A stretch of 64,000 bases of DNA from an uncultured Candidatus Saccharibacteria bacterium. Lineage in GTDB: Bacteria; Patescibacteriota; Doudnabacteria; UBA920. The notes under the pieces were generated by a model. The model had not been told where the DNA came from and searched no databases. It was given only the letters and a program-made list of their open reading frames with translations. Positions 1-9,793 of this stretch are shown in pieces; the stretch's first letter is position 1, and the number at the start of each line of letters is the position of its first letter. The translations under genes and the position numbers were made by a program. The stretch covers positions 6,358 through 70,357 of the forward strand of contig CAZACP010000001.1 in the NCBI GenBank assembly GCA_964483665.1, read 5' to 3'.

Positions 1-318
1 AAAGCAAAACAGTATACTCAAAAAAAATTTACGGACTATTTAACGGGCATTGGAAAAAAAATCTTTTTGGACAAAGAGGCTTGGCCCGCGGCGCAGCAAT
101 TGGTATTGCAAATTATTGACAATAATTGGAGCGCGAATTTGGAGTTAATGGATGTTTTAAAAGAAGAGTCGAGCCTGTTTTCTTACGCAACGCAGGATCC
201 GCTTATGGATTTTATTTCCGAGGGGCGTAAGCTATTTACAGAAATGGGAAAGAATATAGAAAAGCAATTTGTCGCGGCAATTTTTTTAAGACTCGCCCAG
301 CAGGGAAAGATTGAGTAA
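1..318 (+). CDS. secA: SecA C-terminal wing/scaffold region (5'-truncated, divergent, possibly a SecA2-like paralog)
   Basis: Frame is open from base 1; IDNNW..NLELMD.L...SL.SYATQDPL..F..EG..LF..M matches the SecA_SW pattern. Confidence 0.7.
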   Translation, partial: KAKQYTQKKFTDYLTGIGKKIFLDKEAWPAAQQLVLQIIDNNWSANLELMDVLKEESSLFSYATQDPLMDFISEGRKLFTEMGKNIEKQFVAAIFLRLAQQGKIE

Positions 319-434
319 AAAATGACAAAAATACAAATGCACTTGCAACTATACTTTTTTCATTTATGTCATTTTCGCCGTTTTTGTCATTAAGTCCGTT
401 AAGTAAATTGCTGTGTGGAAGAAAGGAGCAAATG

Positions 435-463
435 TTGCAAAAGCAGCATTTTTTTTATATAAT
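435..463 (+). promoter_or_regulatory. sigma70-type promoter, probably giving a leaderless gatC mRNA
   Basis: TTGCAA-17 nt-TATAAT, with ATG 6 nt downstream. Confidence 0.6.
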
Positions 464-469
464 CCCTTT

Positions 470-754
470 ATGCTTACAAAAGAAGAAGTAGAGAAAATTG
501 CTGTTTTAGCCAGAATTGAACTTACCGAAAACGAGGTGGAAAAGTTTCAAAAAGACCTTTCCGCTGTTTTAGATTACGTGGAAGAGTTAAAAGAGGTGAA
601 TGTGGAAGGTTTGGAAGAGGTAAGCCAGGTAACTGGCTTAGTAAATGTCCAGAGAATGGACGTAGTGGTTGACCATGGAAATAGGGAAGAAATTTTTTCA
701 CAAGCGCCGGAAATGAAAGACGGGTATTTCAAAGTTAAAGCGATTTTGAATTAA
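470..754 (+). CDS. gatC: Asp/Glu-tRNA amidotransferase subunit C
   Basis: MLTKEEVEKIAVLARI...APEMKDGYFKVKAIL; directly upstream of gatA; start moved to ATG 470. Confidence 0.95.
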   Translation: MLTKEEVEKIAVLARIELTENEVEKFQKDLSAVLDYVEELKEVNVEGLEEVSQVTGLVNVQRMDVVVDHGNREEIFSQAPEMKDGYFKVKAILN

Positions 755-856
755 ATAAAATTTGGAAATTAAGTAAAATTAAGTAAAATTTCAGTGCAGT
801 AATTTTTATTTAATTTTACTTAATTATGTTCAATTTTATTTAATATATTTTTAAAA

Positions 857-2347
857 ATGTCTGGCTTTGAATATAAAACTTTAAAAGAGTTACGTGCTTT
901 ATTAGATAGTAAGATGGTTTCGTCTGTAGAACTGACGAAATATTTTTTGTCGCGTATAAAAAATTTAGACAAAGACTTAAACAGTTTTGTTACGGTGTCC
1001 GAAGAAGAAGCTTTAAAAAATGCCAAGGAAGCAGACGAATTCATAAATTCGCCGGGTGAGAATCCTTTTTTATGCGGAATACCATATGCCAGTAAGGACT
1101 TGTTTAATACCAAAGGCATACGGACAACTGCCAGCAGTAAAATTTTAGACAATTTTTTACCGCCATTTGACGCGACGGTAACAAAAAAATTAAAAGAACA
1201 AAAATCTGTTTTATTGGGAAAGACTAATTTAGACGAATTTGCCCACGGCTCCAGCACTGAAACTTCCGCTTACGGGGCTTCTCATAACCCGTGGGATAAA
1301 AATCGAATACCGGGCGGAAGCAGCGGAGGCAGTACAGCCGCGGTAGCCGGAGGGCTTACTCCGTGGGCAACAGCCACTGAAACCGGCGGCAGTATTCGCC
1401 AGCCGGCCAGTCTTTGCGGGGTAAGCGGCTGGAAGCCGACTTACGGCCGGGTAAGCCGCTACGGCGTAATTGCTATGGGTTCTTCCCTCGACTGTCCGGG
1501 CGCAGTTGCTTACACTGTGGAAGACTTGGCTCATTTGGCAGAAATTATGTCGGGACACGACGAACAAGATTCAACTACCAGTCCTATACAAGTTCCCGCT
1601 TACCATAAAAATTTAAATAAAGATATTTCAGGTTTAACTTTAGGTGTTCCCAAGCAATATTTTGTTGACGGAATGGAAGACGGCGTGAGGGAAAAAGTTT
1701 TAGACGCTATTAAGCATTTAGAAAAACTCGGAGCTAAAATAAAAGAGGTAGATTTGCCGAATACCAAATACGGCTCTTTGGTATACGCCATAATTTGTCC
1801 TTCAGAAGTTTCTTCCAATTTAGCCCGCTTTGACGGAATACGTTATGGTCATTCTGCCAAGGATGCTAAAACTTTGCTTGAAACTTACCAAAAAAGCCGG
1901 GGCGAGGGTTTTGGCACCGAATCCAAGCGCAGGATTTTAACCGGCACTTATGTGCTTTCCGCCGGATATTTTGACGCTTACTACCGAAAGGCGCAAAAAG
2001 TCAGGAGACTTATTATAAATGAATTTAACAGCGTTTTTAAAGAAGTAGATGCTTTAATATGTCCTTCTTCGCCGAATGTAGCGGTAAAAATTGGCGGCGC
2101 AAAAGAAAATCCGCTTTTTGGCTATATTGCCGACCAGTTAAATATCCCTTCTTCGCTCGCGGGTTTACCCGCTCTTTCGGTTCCTTGCGGTTTTGCTCGT
2201 CCGAGCGATGGCGAGTCGCCAAGTATGGACGGTTTGCCGGTTGGTCTTCAAATAATCGGTCCGCAGTGGGGAGAGCAGACAATATTTAACATAGGCTACG
2301 CTTACCAGCAGGAAACGGATTGGCATAGGAAACACCCTGGGGTTTAA
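857..2347 (+). CDS. gatA: Asp/Glu-tRNA amidotransferase subunit A
   Basis: Amidase signature PGGSSGGS, TETGGSIRQPA, SSNLARFDG. Confidence 0.97.
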   Translation: MSGFEYKTLKELRALLDSKMVSSVELTKYFLSRIKNLDKDLNSFVTVSEEEALKNAKEADEFINSPGENPFLCGIPYASKDLFNTKGIRTTASSKILDNFLPPFDATVTKKLKEQKSVLLGKTNLDEFAHGSSTETSAYGASHNPWDKNRIPGGSSGGSTAAVAGGLTPWATATETGGSIRQPASLCGVSGWKPTYGRVSRYGVIAMGSSLDCPGAVAYTVEDLAHLAEIMSGHDEQDSTTSPIQVPAYHKNLNKDISGLTLGVPKQYFVDGMEDGVREKVLDAIKHLEKLGAKIKEVDLPNTKYGSLVYAIICPSEVSSNLARFDGIRYGHSAKDAKTLLETYQKSRGEGFGTESKRRILTGTYVLSAGYFDAYYRKAQKVRRLIINEFNSVFKEVDALICPSSPNVAVKIGGAKENPLFGYIADQLNIPSSLAGLPALSVPCGFARPSDGESPSMDGLPVGLQIIGPQWGEQTIFNIGYAYQQETDWHRKHPGV

Positions 2348-2386
2348 TTTTAAATTTTAAATTTAAAATTTTAATTTGGAAACCCA

Positions 2387-2752
2387 ATGAACACTTTAAG
2401 CTATGATTTGGAAGAACGGACAGCAAAGTTTGGAGAAAGTATTTTAAAATTTTGCAAGTTTTTAAAAAGAGATGTTGTTTTAAATCCTCTTATTTCGCAA
2501 ATTGTAAGATCGTCAACTAGCATCGGGGCTAATTACATGGAAGCAAATGGAGCAAGCTCAAAAAAAGATTTTATTAATAAAATTTATATTTGTAAAAAAG
2601 AATTACAAGAGACAAAACATTGGCTTAGGATGATTGTCGCTTATGTTCCTGAAAATAGAAATGAAATTGTAGTATTATGGAAGGAAGCAAATGAACTCTC
2701 TATGATTTTTAGTAAAATTGCTTATACTTCAAGGCAGAATGCAGAAAATTGA
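2387..2752 (+). CDS. four-helix-bundle protein (23S rRNA IVS protein-like family)
   Basis: LEERT..F...Q..RS.TSIGANY.EA...SKKDF..K..I..KE..ET..WL; flanked by inverted AT-rich arms. Confidence 0.9.
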   Translation: MNTLSYDLEERTAKFGESILKFCKFLKRDVVLNPLISQIVRSSTSIGANYMEANGASSKKDFINKIYICKKELQETKHWLRMIVAYVPENRNEIVVLWKEANELSMIFSKIAYTSRQNAEN

Positions 2753-2778
2753 AATTTAAAATTTAGAATTTAAAATTT

Positions 2779-4362
2779 GTGAAAATATTTCCATCATCAG
2801 CCGAATATAGGCCTGTAATTGGATTTGAAATCCATATACAGCTGGCAACTAAGTCTAAAATGTTTGGCCGCGCGGCCAATAATCCCGACCAGAAAGAACC
2901 AAATACAGACATAGACGAGGTTAATACCGGCCAGCCGGGAACTTTGCCGGTGGCCAACAAGGAAGCTATACGCCTTGCGGCCATGGTGGGTCTTGCTTTA
3001 AATTGCCAAATTGATGAATGGAGCAAGTTTGACCGAAAGCACTATTTTTATCCTGACTTGCCCAAAGGCTACCAAATTTCGCAGTATGATAAGCCTATTA
3101 GCAGAGATGGGTATCTTGATCTGGTGATAACCCCCTCATCCGTCCCGACTAAAGTCGGGACACCTTCTCCCTCAAGGGGAGAAGGTGATAATGTTATCCG
3201 CAAGCGGATACATATAACACGTGCTCATTTGGAAGAAGATGCGGGGAAAAATATTCACCCGGAGGGCTTGCCTTATTCATTAGTCGATTATAATAGAGCC
3301 GGCGCTCCGCTTTTAGAAATTGTTACAGAGCCAGAGCTGGAGAGCGGGGAAGACGCAAAAGCTTTTTTAACCGAGCTTAGAAACATTGTCCGGTACCTTG
3401 GCGCCAGCAGCTGCGATATGGAAAAAGGCACAATGCGGGTTGAACCGAACATTAGCGTTAGAAAACCCGGCGAAACCGGTTTGCCAAATTATAAAGTTGA
3501 AGTAAAAAATATTAACAGCATAAAATTTGCCCAGGCTGCCATAGACTACGAAATTGCCCGGCAGATAGAAATTTTAAAAGAAGGCGGCACACCCAAGCAG
3601 GTAACTATGGGTTGGGACGAAAAAAATAGCCGCACGGTTGAGCAGCGTTCTAAAGAAGAAGCCAATGACTATAGGTATTTTCCGGATCCGGATTTGCCGG
3701 TTTTGCAGTTTACTAAAGAGTATTTGGAAGACTTAAAAAATAGAATGCCCGAATTGCCCGCGCAAAAAAGAGCTAGGTTTTTAGAAGAGTTTGGTTTGCC
3801 ACAAGCCGATGTAGAGAATTTAATAAATTGGAAAGAACTTGCCAGCTATTTTGAAGATGTGGTTAGTGAAATAGATGAATGGTGGTCTCAGTTTTATCCT
3901 ATGAATTTATCAACAAAAGAAGTTCATAAACAGAACCGTGAGACTTATATAAAAAGAGCTGCTAATTGGTGTCTGCAAGATTTTAGCGCGCTATTGAATG
4001 AAAAAGGTATTAATCCGATGGATAGCAAGATAACTCCGGAAAATTTTGCAGAATTAATTTTTATGTTCCAGGGAAATAAGATATCTATTACTGCTGCCAA
4101 ACAAGTATTTAAAGTAATGTTTGAAAAAGGCGGTGAGCCGGATAATATTGTTGCGGATTTAGGTTTAGAGCAAACTTCAGACGAAGGCGCTATTTCGGCA
4201 GCAATAGACAAGGTCATCACCGCAAATTCAAAAGCAGTGGCAGACTATAAAGCTGGGCAGGAAAAGAGCTTTGGCTTTTTAGTCGGACAGGCTATGAAAG
4301 AACTTAAAGGCAAAGGGAACCCGGGGGTTATAAACGACATTCTAAAAAAGAAATTGATATAG
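2779..4362 (+). CDS. gatB: Asp/Glu-tRNA amidotransferase subunit B
   Basis: IGFEIHIQL, FDRKHYFYPDLPKGYQISQ, HLEEDAGK, DYRYFPDPDL. Confidence 0.97.
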   Translation: MKIFPSSAEYRPVIGFEIHIQLATKSKMFGRAANNPDQKEPNTDIDEVNTGQPGTLPVANKEAIRLAAMVGLALNCQIDEWSKFDRKHYFYPDLPKGYQISQYDKPISRDGYLDLVITPSSVPTKVGTPSPSRGEGDNVIRKRIHITRAHLEEDAGKNIHPEGLPYSLVDYNRAGAPLLEIVTEPELESGEDAKAFLTELRNIVRYLGASSCDMEKGTMRVEPNISVRKPGETGLPNYKVEVKNINSIKFAQAAIDYEIARQIEILKEGGTPKQVTMGWDEKNSRTVEQRSKEEANDYRYFPDPDLPVLQFTKEYLEDLKNRMPELPAQKRARFLEEFGLPQADVENLINWKELASYFEDVVSEIDEWWSQFYPMNLSTKEVHKQNRETYIKRAANWCLQDFSALLNEKGINPMDSKITPENFAELIFMFQGNKISITAAKQVFKVMFEKGGEPDNIVADLGLEQTSDEGAISAAIDKVITANSKAVADYKAGQEKSFGFLVGQAMKELKGKGNPGVINDILKKKLI

Positions 4363-4432
4363 TGTCGTCCCGGAATTTTTAAGGGCTGTTAAAATATCCG
4401 GGATCTAGATATTAGAAATTAAACAATAAAAT

Positions 4433-4460
4433 TTAAAGGCTCACTCGAGTGAGCCTTTAA
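4433..4460. terminator. bidirectional intrinsic terminator
   Basis: Perfect palindrome TTAAAGGCTCACTCGAGTGAGCCTTTAA between convergent genes. Confidence 0.65.
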
Positions 4461-4542
4461 AAATGGCAAAATAAAACCCCTAGTTTAGGGTGGGGTAAAA
4501 AAAATGTGCCGCCCCGGAAATGCTCGTCGGGGCGGCTGGTGG

Positions 4543-4881
4543 TTATTCGCGTGGCCTGCGAGGCCGGTTAGGCGGTTGATAGCGGCGATCCTTGTATGGA
4601 TCGTCTTTATGCAGCCAGCCGTGAAAGCCTTCTAACCCGTAAATTGAAGGGGGACTGACGTCTTGAGGGTACGACGGGGTTGCGGTTTCGGAAGAACCGC
4701 CGAAGAGCTCAGTTGTCTCTTCTGCGCCGGTCATGAACGGAATTCCTTGGCTTGGGTCGGGTACGAACCCTAACCCTCCAGAAAAAGGCATATTGTGGCT
4801 TGTTCGAGTTGGCGGGTTTCCTAGACCCATAAACCCTTCCATAATTTCATCATGGTTTGCGATAGTTAAACAGTGTGCCAT
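4543..4881 (-). CDS. orphan Pro/Gly-rich hypothetical protein
   Basis: TTGACT-17-TATACT promoter (4903-4931), GGAGG SD, terminator hairpin at about 4500-4536. Confidence 0.5.
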   Translation of the reverse strand: MAHCLTIANHDEIMEGFMGLGNPPTRTSHNMPFSGGLGFVPDPSQGIPFMTGAEETTELFGGSSETATPSYPQDVSPPSIYGLEGFHGWLHKDDPYKDRRYQPPNRPRRPRE

Positions 4882-4978
4882 CACTTTCCTCCTCTCCGGG
4901 GAAGTATAAAAAATTACAGAGAGAGAGTCAACTATTCACAGATACACAGATAATATGCAGATTGCACAGATAAGCATA

Positions 4979-5111
4979 TTGTCATTCCGAGCGGAGCGAG
5001 GAATCGCTTCGCGATTGTTTATTAACAAGTTTTAGTATTACCGAAAGTTAAGGGATCCTTCGACTCCTCGACAATTTTAATCTAAAAATTGTCTCGTTGC
5101 TCAGGATTACA
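4979..5111. repeat. palindromic REP-like element (GTCATTCCGAGCG...GCTCAGGATTAC type)
   Basis: Imperfect terminal inverted arms; related copies at 4364-4408, 35135-35174 and 60862-60924. Confidence 0.6.
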
Positions 5112-5233
5112 AAACATGTTGAGATTGGTTATATTTTTACCTATTTTATACCTTAATTTTTTGATTAGAAATAACAAACGCCGCGGTGTAAACCTCCAGG
5201 TTCCGCAGCGTTTTTTTGTTGTTCAAGGACAAG

Positions 5234-5452
5234 TTAATCCTCATCTTCATCATCGCTTTCATCGAGAGGGCAGTCGGTGCACCGGCCGCTTCCACAACAC
5301 CCGTGAGCTTCGAGGTATTCGTTATAAAGTTTGAGAATTTTATCTATATGGTAGGTACCATCTTTTAACCTTCCTTCTGCTAAGGCTTTCTTTGCCCAAG
5401 CTTCTGCCATGAAGTGGCTACCACCGGTAATGATCATGAGCCTCCTTTTCAT
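5234..5452 (-). CDS. small Cys-cluster protein (CCGSGRCTDCP) with acidic tail
   Basis: Starts 9 nt after the miaA stop; followed by a terminator hairpin at about 5176-5217. Confidence 0.6.
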   Translation of the reverse strand: MKRRLMIITGGSHFMAEAWAKKALAEGRLKDGTYHIDKILKLYNEYLEAHGCCGSGRCTDCPLDESDDEDED

Positions 5453-5461
5453 GATACCTTA

Positions 5462-6472
5462 TCATTTTCCTAAAAATTTTTCAACCGGCTTTGCGGTTTT
5501 TGAAAAGTCGGGCGGAAGCCAAATTATTTGTTTACTCTTTCTCCACCACGTAAGTTGGCGTTTTGAATAATGTTTTATGGCGAAAAGCAATTGCGTGAAC
5601 ATTTCATCGTAAGTTAGCTTTTTTTGCAGATACAAAGAAATAAATCGGTATTCAAGGCCAAAACTATTTAAACGTTTCCAAGATAAACCTCTCCCACCTC
5701 TCGCATTCGCTCGAGGCACCCTCTCCATGCTTTGGAGAGGGTGATTGTGTAGGTCTGCGACTTCTTTTATTATTCCTTGCTTAAAGCGCTCTTTAAGGCG
5801 TTTTTCTATTTTTTTATATAAATCTTTTTGATTGGTTTTTATGCCGAGCCATAAAGTAGGGTAGAGGGTAGAGGGCTGGGGCTTGAGTGGGGAAATGGGT
5901 TTTTTTGTTGCCTCGATGATTTCTAACGCGCGGATTAAGCGTCGTTTGTTGAATCTATCAGTGGTACTTGCCCGAGCTGGATCAAGTTTTGCAAGCTGTT
6001 TGTAAAGTTCTTCAGCAGATTTTTTTTCTAAAGCTGCGCGGAGTTTTTTGTTGGGTTTAACATCCGGGAGTTTTTGGTTATAAACGACCGCGTCTATCCA
6101 ATGAGCGGTTCCGCCACATAGAATAGGCAGTTTGCCTCTTTTTAAAACAGCAGAAATTGCTTTTTGCGCGTCCTTCTTAAAAAGCGCGGCAGAGAATTGT
6201 TTTTTTGGGTTTACGTAGTCTATGCAGTGGTGAAAAACGCCTTTGTATCTGTAAAACGCACGGCCGTGTGTTTTTACGGAAATCCATTTGCCCGGGATCT
6301 TGCCCGTGCCTAAATTAAGTCCTTTATAAATTTGCCGGCTGTCTGCGGAAATTATTTCACCGTTAAAACGCTTTGCTAGTTTTACTGCCAGTTCACTTTT
6401 GCCCGAAGAGGTAGGGCCAACAAGTACTAAAATTTTAGATTTTAGATTTAAGATTTTAGATTTTGAAAACAT
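5462..6472 (-). CDS. miaA: tRNA dimethylallyltransferase
   Basis: GPTSSGKS, ISADSRQIY, GGT, RRLIRALE, YSKRQLTW. Confidence 0.96.
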   Translation of the reverse strand: MFSKSKILNLKSKILVLVGPTSSGKSELAVKLAKRFNGEIISADSRQIYKGLNLGTGKIPGKWISVKTHGRAFYRYKGVFHHCIDYVNPKKQFSAALFKKDAQKAISAVLKRGKLPILCGGTAHWIDAVVYNQKLPDVKPNKKLRAALEKKSAEELYKQLAKLDPARASTTDRFNKRRLIRALEIIEATKKPISPLKPQPSTLYPTLWLGIKTNQKDLYKKIEKRLKERFKQGIIKEVADLHNHPLQSMERVPRANARGGRGLSWKRLNSFGLEYRFISLYLQKKLTYDEMFTQLLFAIKHYSKRQLTWWRKSKQIIWLPPDFSKTAKPVEKFLGK

Positions 6473-6798
6473 TACTAAATCAGTTGCTAAAATTCGACAT
6501 GTTACTTATAGAGTTTTTGTTCAATAAAAGTTTAATGTTTTTTTGTTGTCAATTTTTTACCCGCGTGCTTAGTTTGTAATATTAAAGAACGGCTGTGAAC
6601 GCGCATGCGTGGGCGCTTTTTTTGTTCTCGTTTTTTGGCTTTGGTTAGATACTCGTCTAAAATTCGTTTTTTCATGGTTTTGTGGTATAATTTAGCTACA
6701 GAATAATAAATTTATACACTACCGATACCTACAGAAACTTTAAAGCATTGACATTGCATAATATTGTAAATTTATCTCTAAAATTAAAAATTACACTT

Positions 6799-7314
6799 AT
6801 GAAAAAATTCACATACATTATTCTTGCCTTAATAATTATAGCAGGGGGCTACTATTTTTACGATACGTACAGGAAAGCAGATTTTGTAAAAGTTGAAGAT
6901 TTGCAGCAATCTCCCACAACGCCCAACGCACCAACACCGACTCCCACAAAAGAGTCTGTAGCAACTCCGACACCTAAAACTAACCAAGGCGGCGGGACTT
7001 TTTCCTCGGGTGAGGAGAATGTAGACGGAGGTTCAAGCGTCCAGGTTTTAGAGGTGGTTTTTGACGGCAATGCTTTTAGCCCTAGTTCGTTAAATATAAA
7101 TGTTAATGACTGGGTATTTTTTAAAAACGCTTCAGATTCAGATTTATGGGTAGCCTCCGACACTCACCCCAGCCATACCGGCTACGCGGGGTTTGATTCT
7201 AAGAAAAAAATAGCCAAGGGCGGGACTTACAAATTTGAATTTACCAAAGCAGGAACTTTTGGTTTTCATAATAATTTAAATCACGAGCAAAAAGGTAGTA
7301 TAAACGTTAAATAG
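6799..7314 (+). CDS. membrane-anchored cupredoxin-like protein
   Basis: N-terminal TM helix, PT-rich linker, F.P..L.I....V.F.N...ASD.HP.H...GT+GFHN. Confidence 0.7.
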   Translation: MKKFTYIILALIIIAGGYYFYDTYRKADFVKVEDLQQSPTTPNAPTPTPTKESVATPTPKTNQGGGTFSSGEENVDGGSSVQVLEVVFDGNAFSPSSLNINVNDWVFFKNASDSDLWVASDTHPSHTGYAGFDSKKKIAKGGTYKFEFTKAGTFGFHNNLNHEQKGSINVK

Positions 7315-7320
7315 AAATTA

Positions 7321-8130
7321 ATGCACTGGAATATTTTTGGCCATAATCATGTAAAAAGAATTTTAGAACTACAAATAAAGTCCGGGGTTTTTTCCCATAC
7401 CTATTTATTTTTAGGCTCGGAAAGTTTGGGCAAGAAAAGTTTGGCTTTTGATTTTGCCAAAGAAATTTTAAAAACCGAGAAGCTGGAAAACCATCCGGAT
7501 TTTGTTTTTTTGGACGAAAGCAATATTTCCATAGAAAGGTTAAGGGAGTTTATGGAAAATTTAAGTCTAAGGCCTTTTTTAGGAAACCGCAAAGTGGCGG
7601 TTATAAATAACGCCGAGAATTTAAATATTCAAAGTCAGAACGCGCTGTTAAAAACGCTGGAAGAGCCTTCCAAATCTACTGTGGTTATTTTAATTTCTTC
7701 AAAGCCGCTTTTGCCCACAATTATGTCTAGGTGCCAAATTTTTAGGTTTAACAGGTTTAGCGAAAGGCAGATGAGCGAATTCTTAGCCGACTTAAAGCTA
7801 ACTCCTAGCCAGGAAAGTTTACATAGTGCGTTTGGCATGCCGGGAAAAGTTATTTCTCCCGACGCCAATTTTGCTGAAGGGGAAAATTCCTGGCAGGAAG
7901 TTAAAACTTTAACCAGAGCGGAAAAATTAGCCCGTATAACGAAATGGTCGGAGAATGAAAGCGAAGATTTGGTTAAAATGTTTGAAATGTTTTCGCGCGT
8001 CGAAATATTGAGCTTAAAGCAAGAGCCAAAAAATTTTCGCAATGTGAATCTGCTTTTACAGGCCGCAGGGGCTTTAAAAAAGAATTTTAACAAAAAATTA
8101 GTTTTGCAAACCCTTTTTTTAAATTTATAA
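7321..8130 (+). CDS. holB: DNA polymerase III delta' subunit
   Basis: GHNHV, HTYLFLG, NHPD, QNALLKTLEEP, LLPTIMSRC. Confidence 0.9.
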   Translation: MHWNIFGHNHVKRILELQIKSGVFSHTYLFLGSESLGKKSLAFDFAKEILKTEKLENHPDFVFLDESNISIERLREFMENLSLRPFLGNRKVAVINNAENLNIQSQNALLKTLEEPSKSTVVILISSKPLLPTIMSRCQIFRFNRFSERQMSEFLADLKLTPSQESLHSAFGMPGKVISPDANFAEGENSWQEVKTLTRAEKLARITKWSENESEDLVKMFEMFSRVEILSLKQEPKNFRNVNLLLQAAGALKKNFNKKLVLQTLFLNL

Positions 8131-8147
8131 AATTTTAAAATAAAAAC

Positions 8148-9209
8148 ATGAAAAAATTTTTTATTTTTCTAATCCCTGCGCTTTTGTTGTCAGCGGGTTG
8201 CGACGTTTTTTCCAAAGGAGGCAGCGCGGGGCTTTCAAAAACTATAAATGGCGGAGTTGACTGGATTTTAGCCAACAAGCAGGATGGCGGCAGCGGGAGC
8301 ATGCAGGCAGCCAATATTTCCAAGTTGGAAATTGACCCAAATAATCGGGAGAATATTTACGCGGGAAGCTATAACGGCGGGTTGTTTTTGTCTACCGACA
8401 GCGGCGGAACTTGGAAAAATATATTAAGCAACAGCACGGTTTTTGATTTTGCGGTTAATATGGCAAACCCCAAAATTATTTATGCGGCAGGCGACATTGG
8501 GGGGTTGGGAAGAGTGGTTAAAACATCAGACGGCGGAAAAAGTTGGCTTAAAGCTTACAACGAGTCAACGCCCAATAATCCGGTTAGGAGCATTGCCCTA
8601 AACCCCTCAAACCCCGAACATCTGGTTATAGGAACAGACTCGGGGACGGTTATAAAAAGCACTGATGGGGGCTTAAATTGGCAGCTTTTAAAAAATTTTT
8701 CCAGCAAAATTAACAGAATATATTGGACAAACAGCGGGGTCTATGTATTAGTAAGAGAAAAGGGTTTGTTTAAAGGCAGCGGGGTAGGTGATGATTTTAC
8801 CGATTTAACTTCCGGGCTTAGAAGCGAAGGACTGCTTAACCAATTTTCTAAAACCGGTTCGGTAAAAATATTTAACCAGGCGTATGTTGACCCTTTAAGT
8901 AGCAATCTTTTGTATGTAACTACGGATATTGGCTTGTTTAAGTCAATAGATTTAGGAAAAAATTGGACAGCTGTAAAATTGCCGGTAAAACAGGAAGCTT
9001 TAAACGCCAGGCCAATAGTAGTAGCTAAGCAAAATAGTAATACAGTCTTGACCGCCATAGGTTCTATTGTGTATAAATCTACAGACGGGGGAAATAGTTT
9101 TCAAACTCAAAACGTGCCTTTTTTAAACGCTTTTGTAAACTACTTAGTTATGGATCCCGTATTGCCTCAAATAATGTATGTGGGAGGGTATGTAAACCAA
9201 AACAATTAA
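8148..9209 (+). CDS. BNR/Asp-box beta-propeller lipoprotein
   Basis: Lipobox LSAGC; repeated S/T-x-DGG-x-W Asp boxes. Confidence 0.8.
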   Translation: MKKFFIFLIPALLLSAGCDVFSKGGSAGLSKTINGGVDWILANKQDGGSGSMQAANISKLEIDPNNRENIYAGSYNGGLFLSTDSGGTWKNILSNSTVFDFAVNMANPKIIYAAGDIGGLGRVVKTSDGGKSWLKAYNESTPNNPVRSIALNPSNPEHLVIGTDSGTVIKSTDGGLNWQLLKNFSSKINRIYWTNSGVYVLVREKGLFKGSGVGDDFTDLTSGLRSEGLLNQFSKTGSVKIFNQAYVDPLSSNLLYVTTDIGLFKSIDLGKNWTAVKLPVKQEALNARPIVVAKQNSNTVLTAIGSIVYKSTDGGNSFQTQNVPFLNAFVNYLVMDPVLPQIMYVGGYVNQNN

Positions 9210-9232
9210 CAATTTACGATTAACAATTGACC

Positions 9233-9790
9233 ATGATCGATCAAATTATAAACAATCATAAACCAGAATTTGAAAAAGCTATAGAACACTATTTGCACGA
9301 ACTTTCGTCGGTCCGCACAGGCAGGGCAAACCCGGCTTTGCTTAATACTGTTACAGTAGAAAGCTATGGCGCAAAAATGTCTTTAGAACAGGTAGCCTCT
9401 GTTACCGTGAGTGACGCTAAAACTTTAGTAATAAGCCCGTGGGACAAAAGCCAACTTCAGGCCATAGAAAAAGGCATTCAGCTGGCTAACTTAGGTTTTA
9501 ATCCTTCGAACGACGGTATTGTAATTCGAATTATTTTACCCGCTCTTTCTGAAGAGCGAAGAAAAGAAATGGTAAAAATGGTCGGGCAGATTGCTGAGAA
9601 AGGAAAAATTGCTATTCGAAATGTAAGGGAAAGCGTAATAAAAGAAATGAAAAAAGCGGAAAGCGACGGAAAAATTTCCAAGGACGATTTAACTCACGGG
9701 CAAAAAAAACTGCAGGAGAGCGTGGACAAATATAACGAGGAAATTAAAAAACACGCGGAAAGCAAGGAAAAAGAAGTAATGACTGTTTAA
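9233..9790 (+). CDS. frr: ribosome recycling factor
   Basis: RTGRANPALL, P.LSEERRKEMVK, IRNVR, KEKEVM. Confidence 0.97.
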   Translation: MIDQIINNHKPEFEKAIEHYLHELSSVRTGRANPALLNTVTVESYGAKMSLEQVASVTVSDAKTLVISPWDKSQLQAIEKGIQLANLGFNPSNDGIVIRIILPALSEERRKEMVKMVGQIAEKGKIAIRNVRESVIKEMKKAESDGKISKDDLTHGQKKLQESVDKYNEEIKKHAESKEKEVMTV

Positions 9791-9793
9791 TTT

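Noticed and set aside
6569-6675. 35-aa minus-strand ORF upstream of miaA as a leader peptide
   Set aside because: No amino-acid run or terminator/antiterminator pair; partly explained by a small palindrome.
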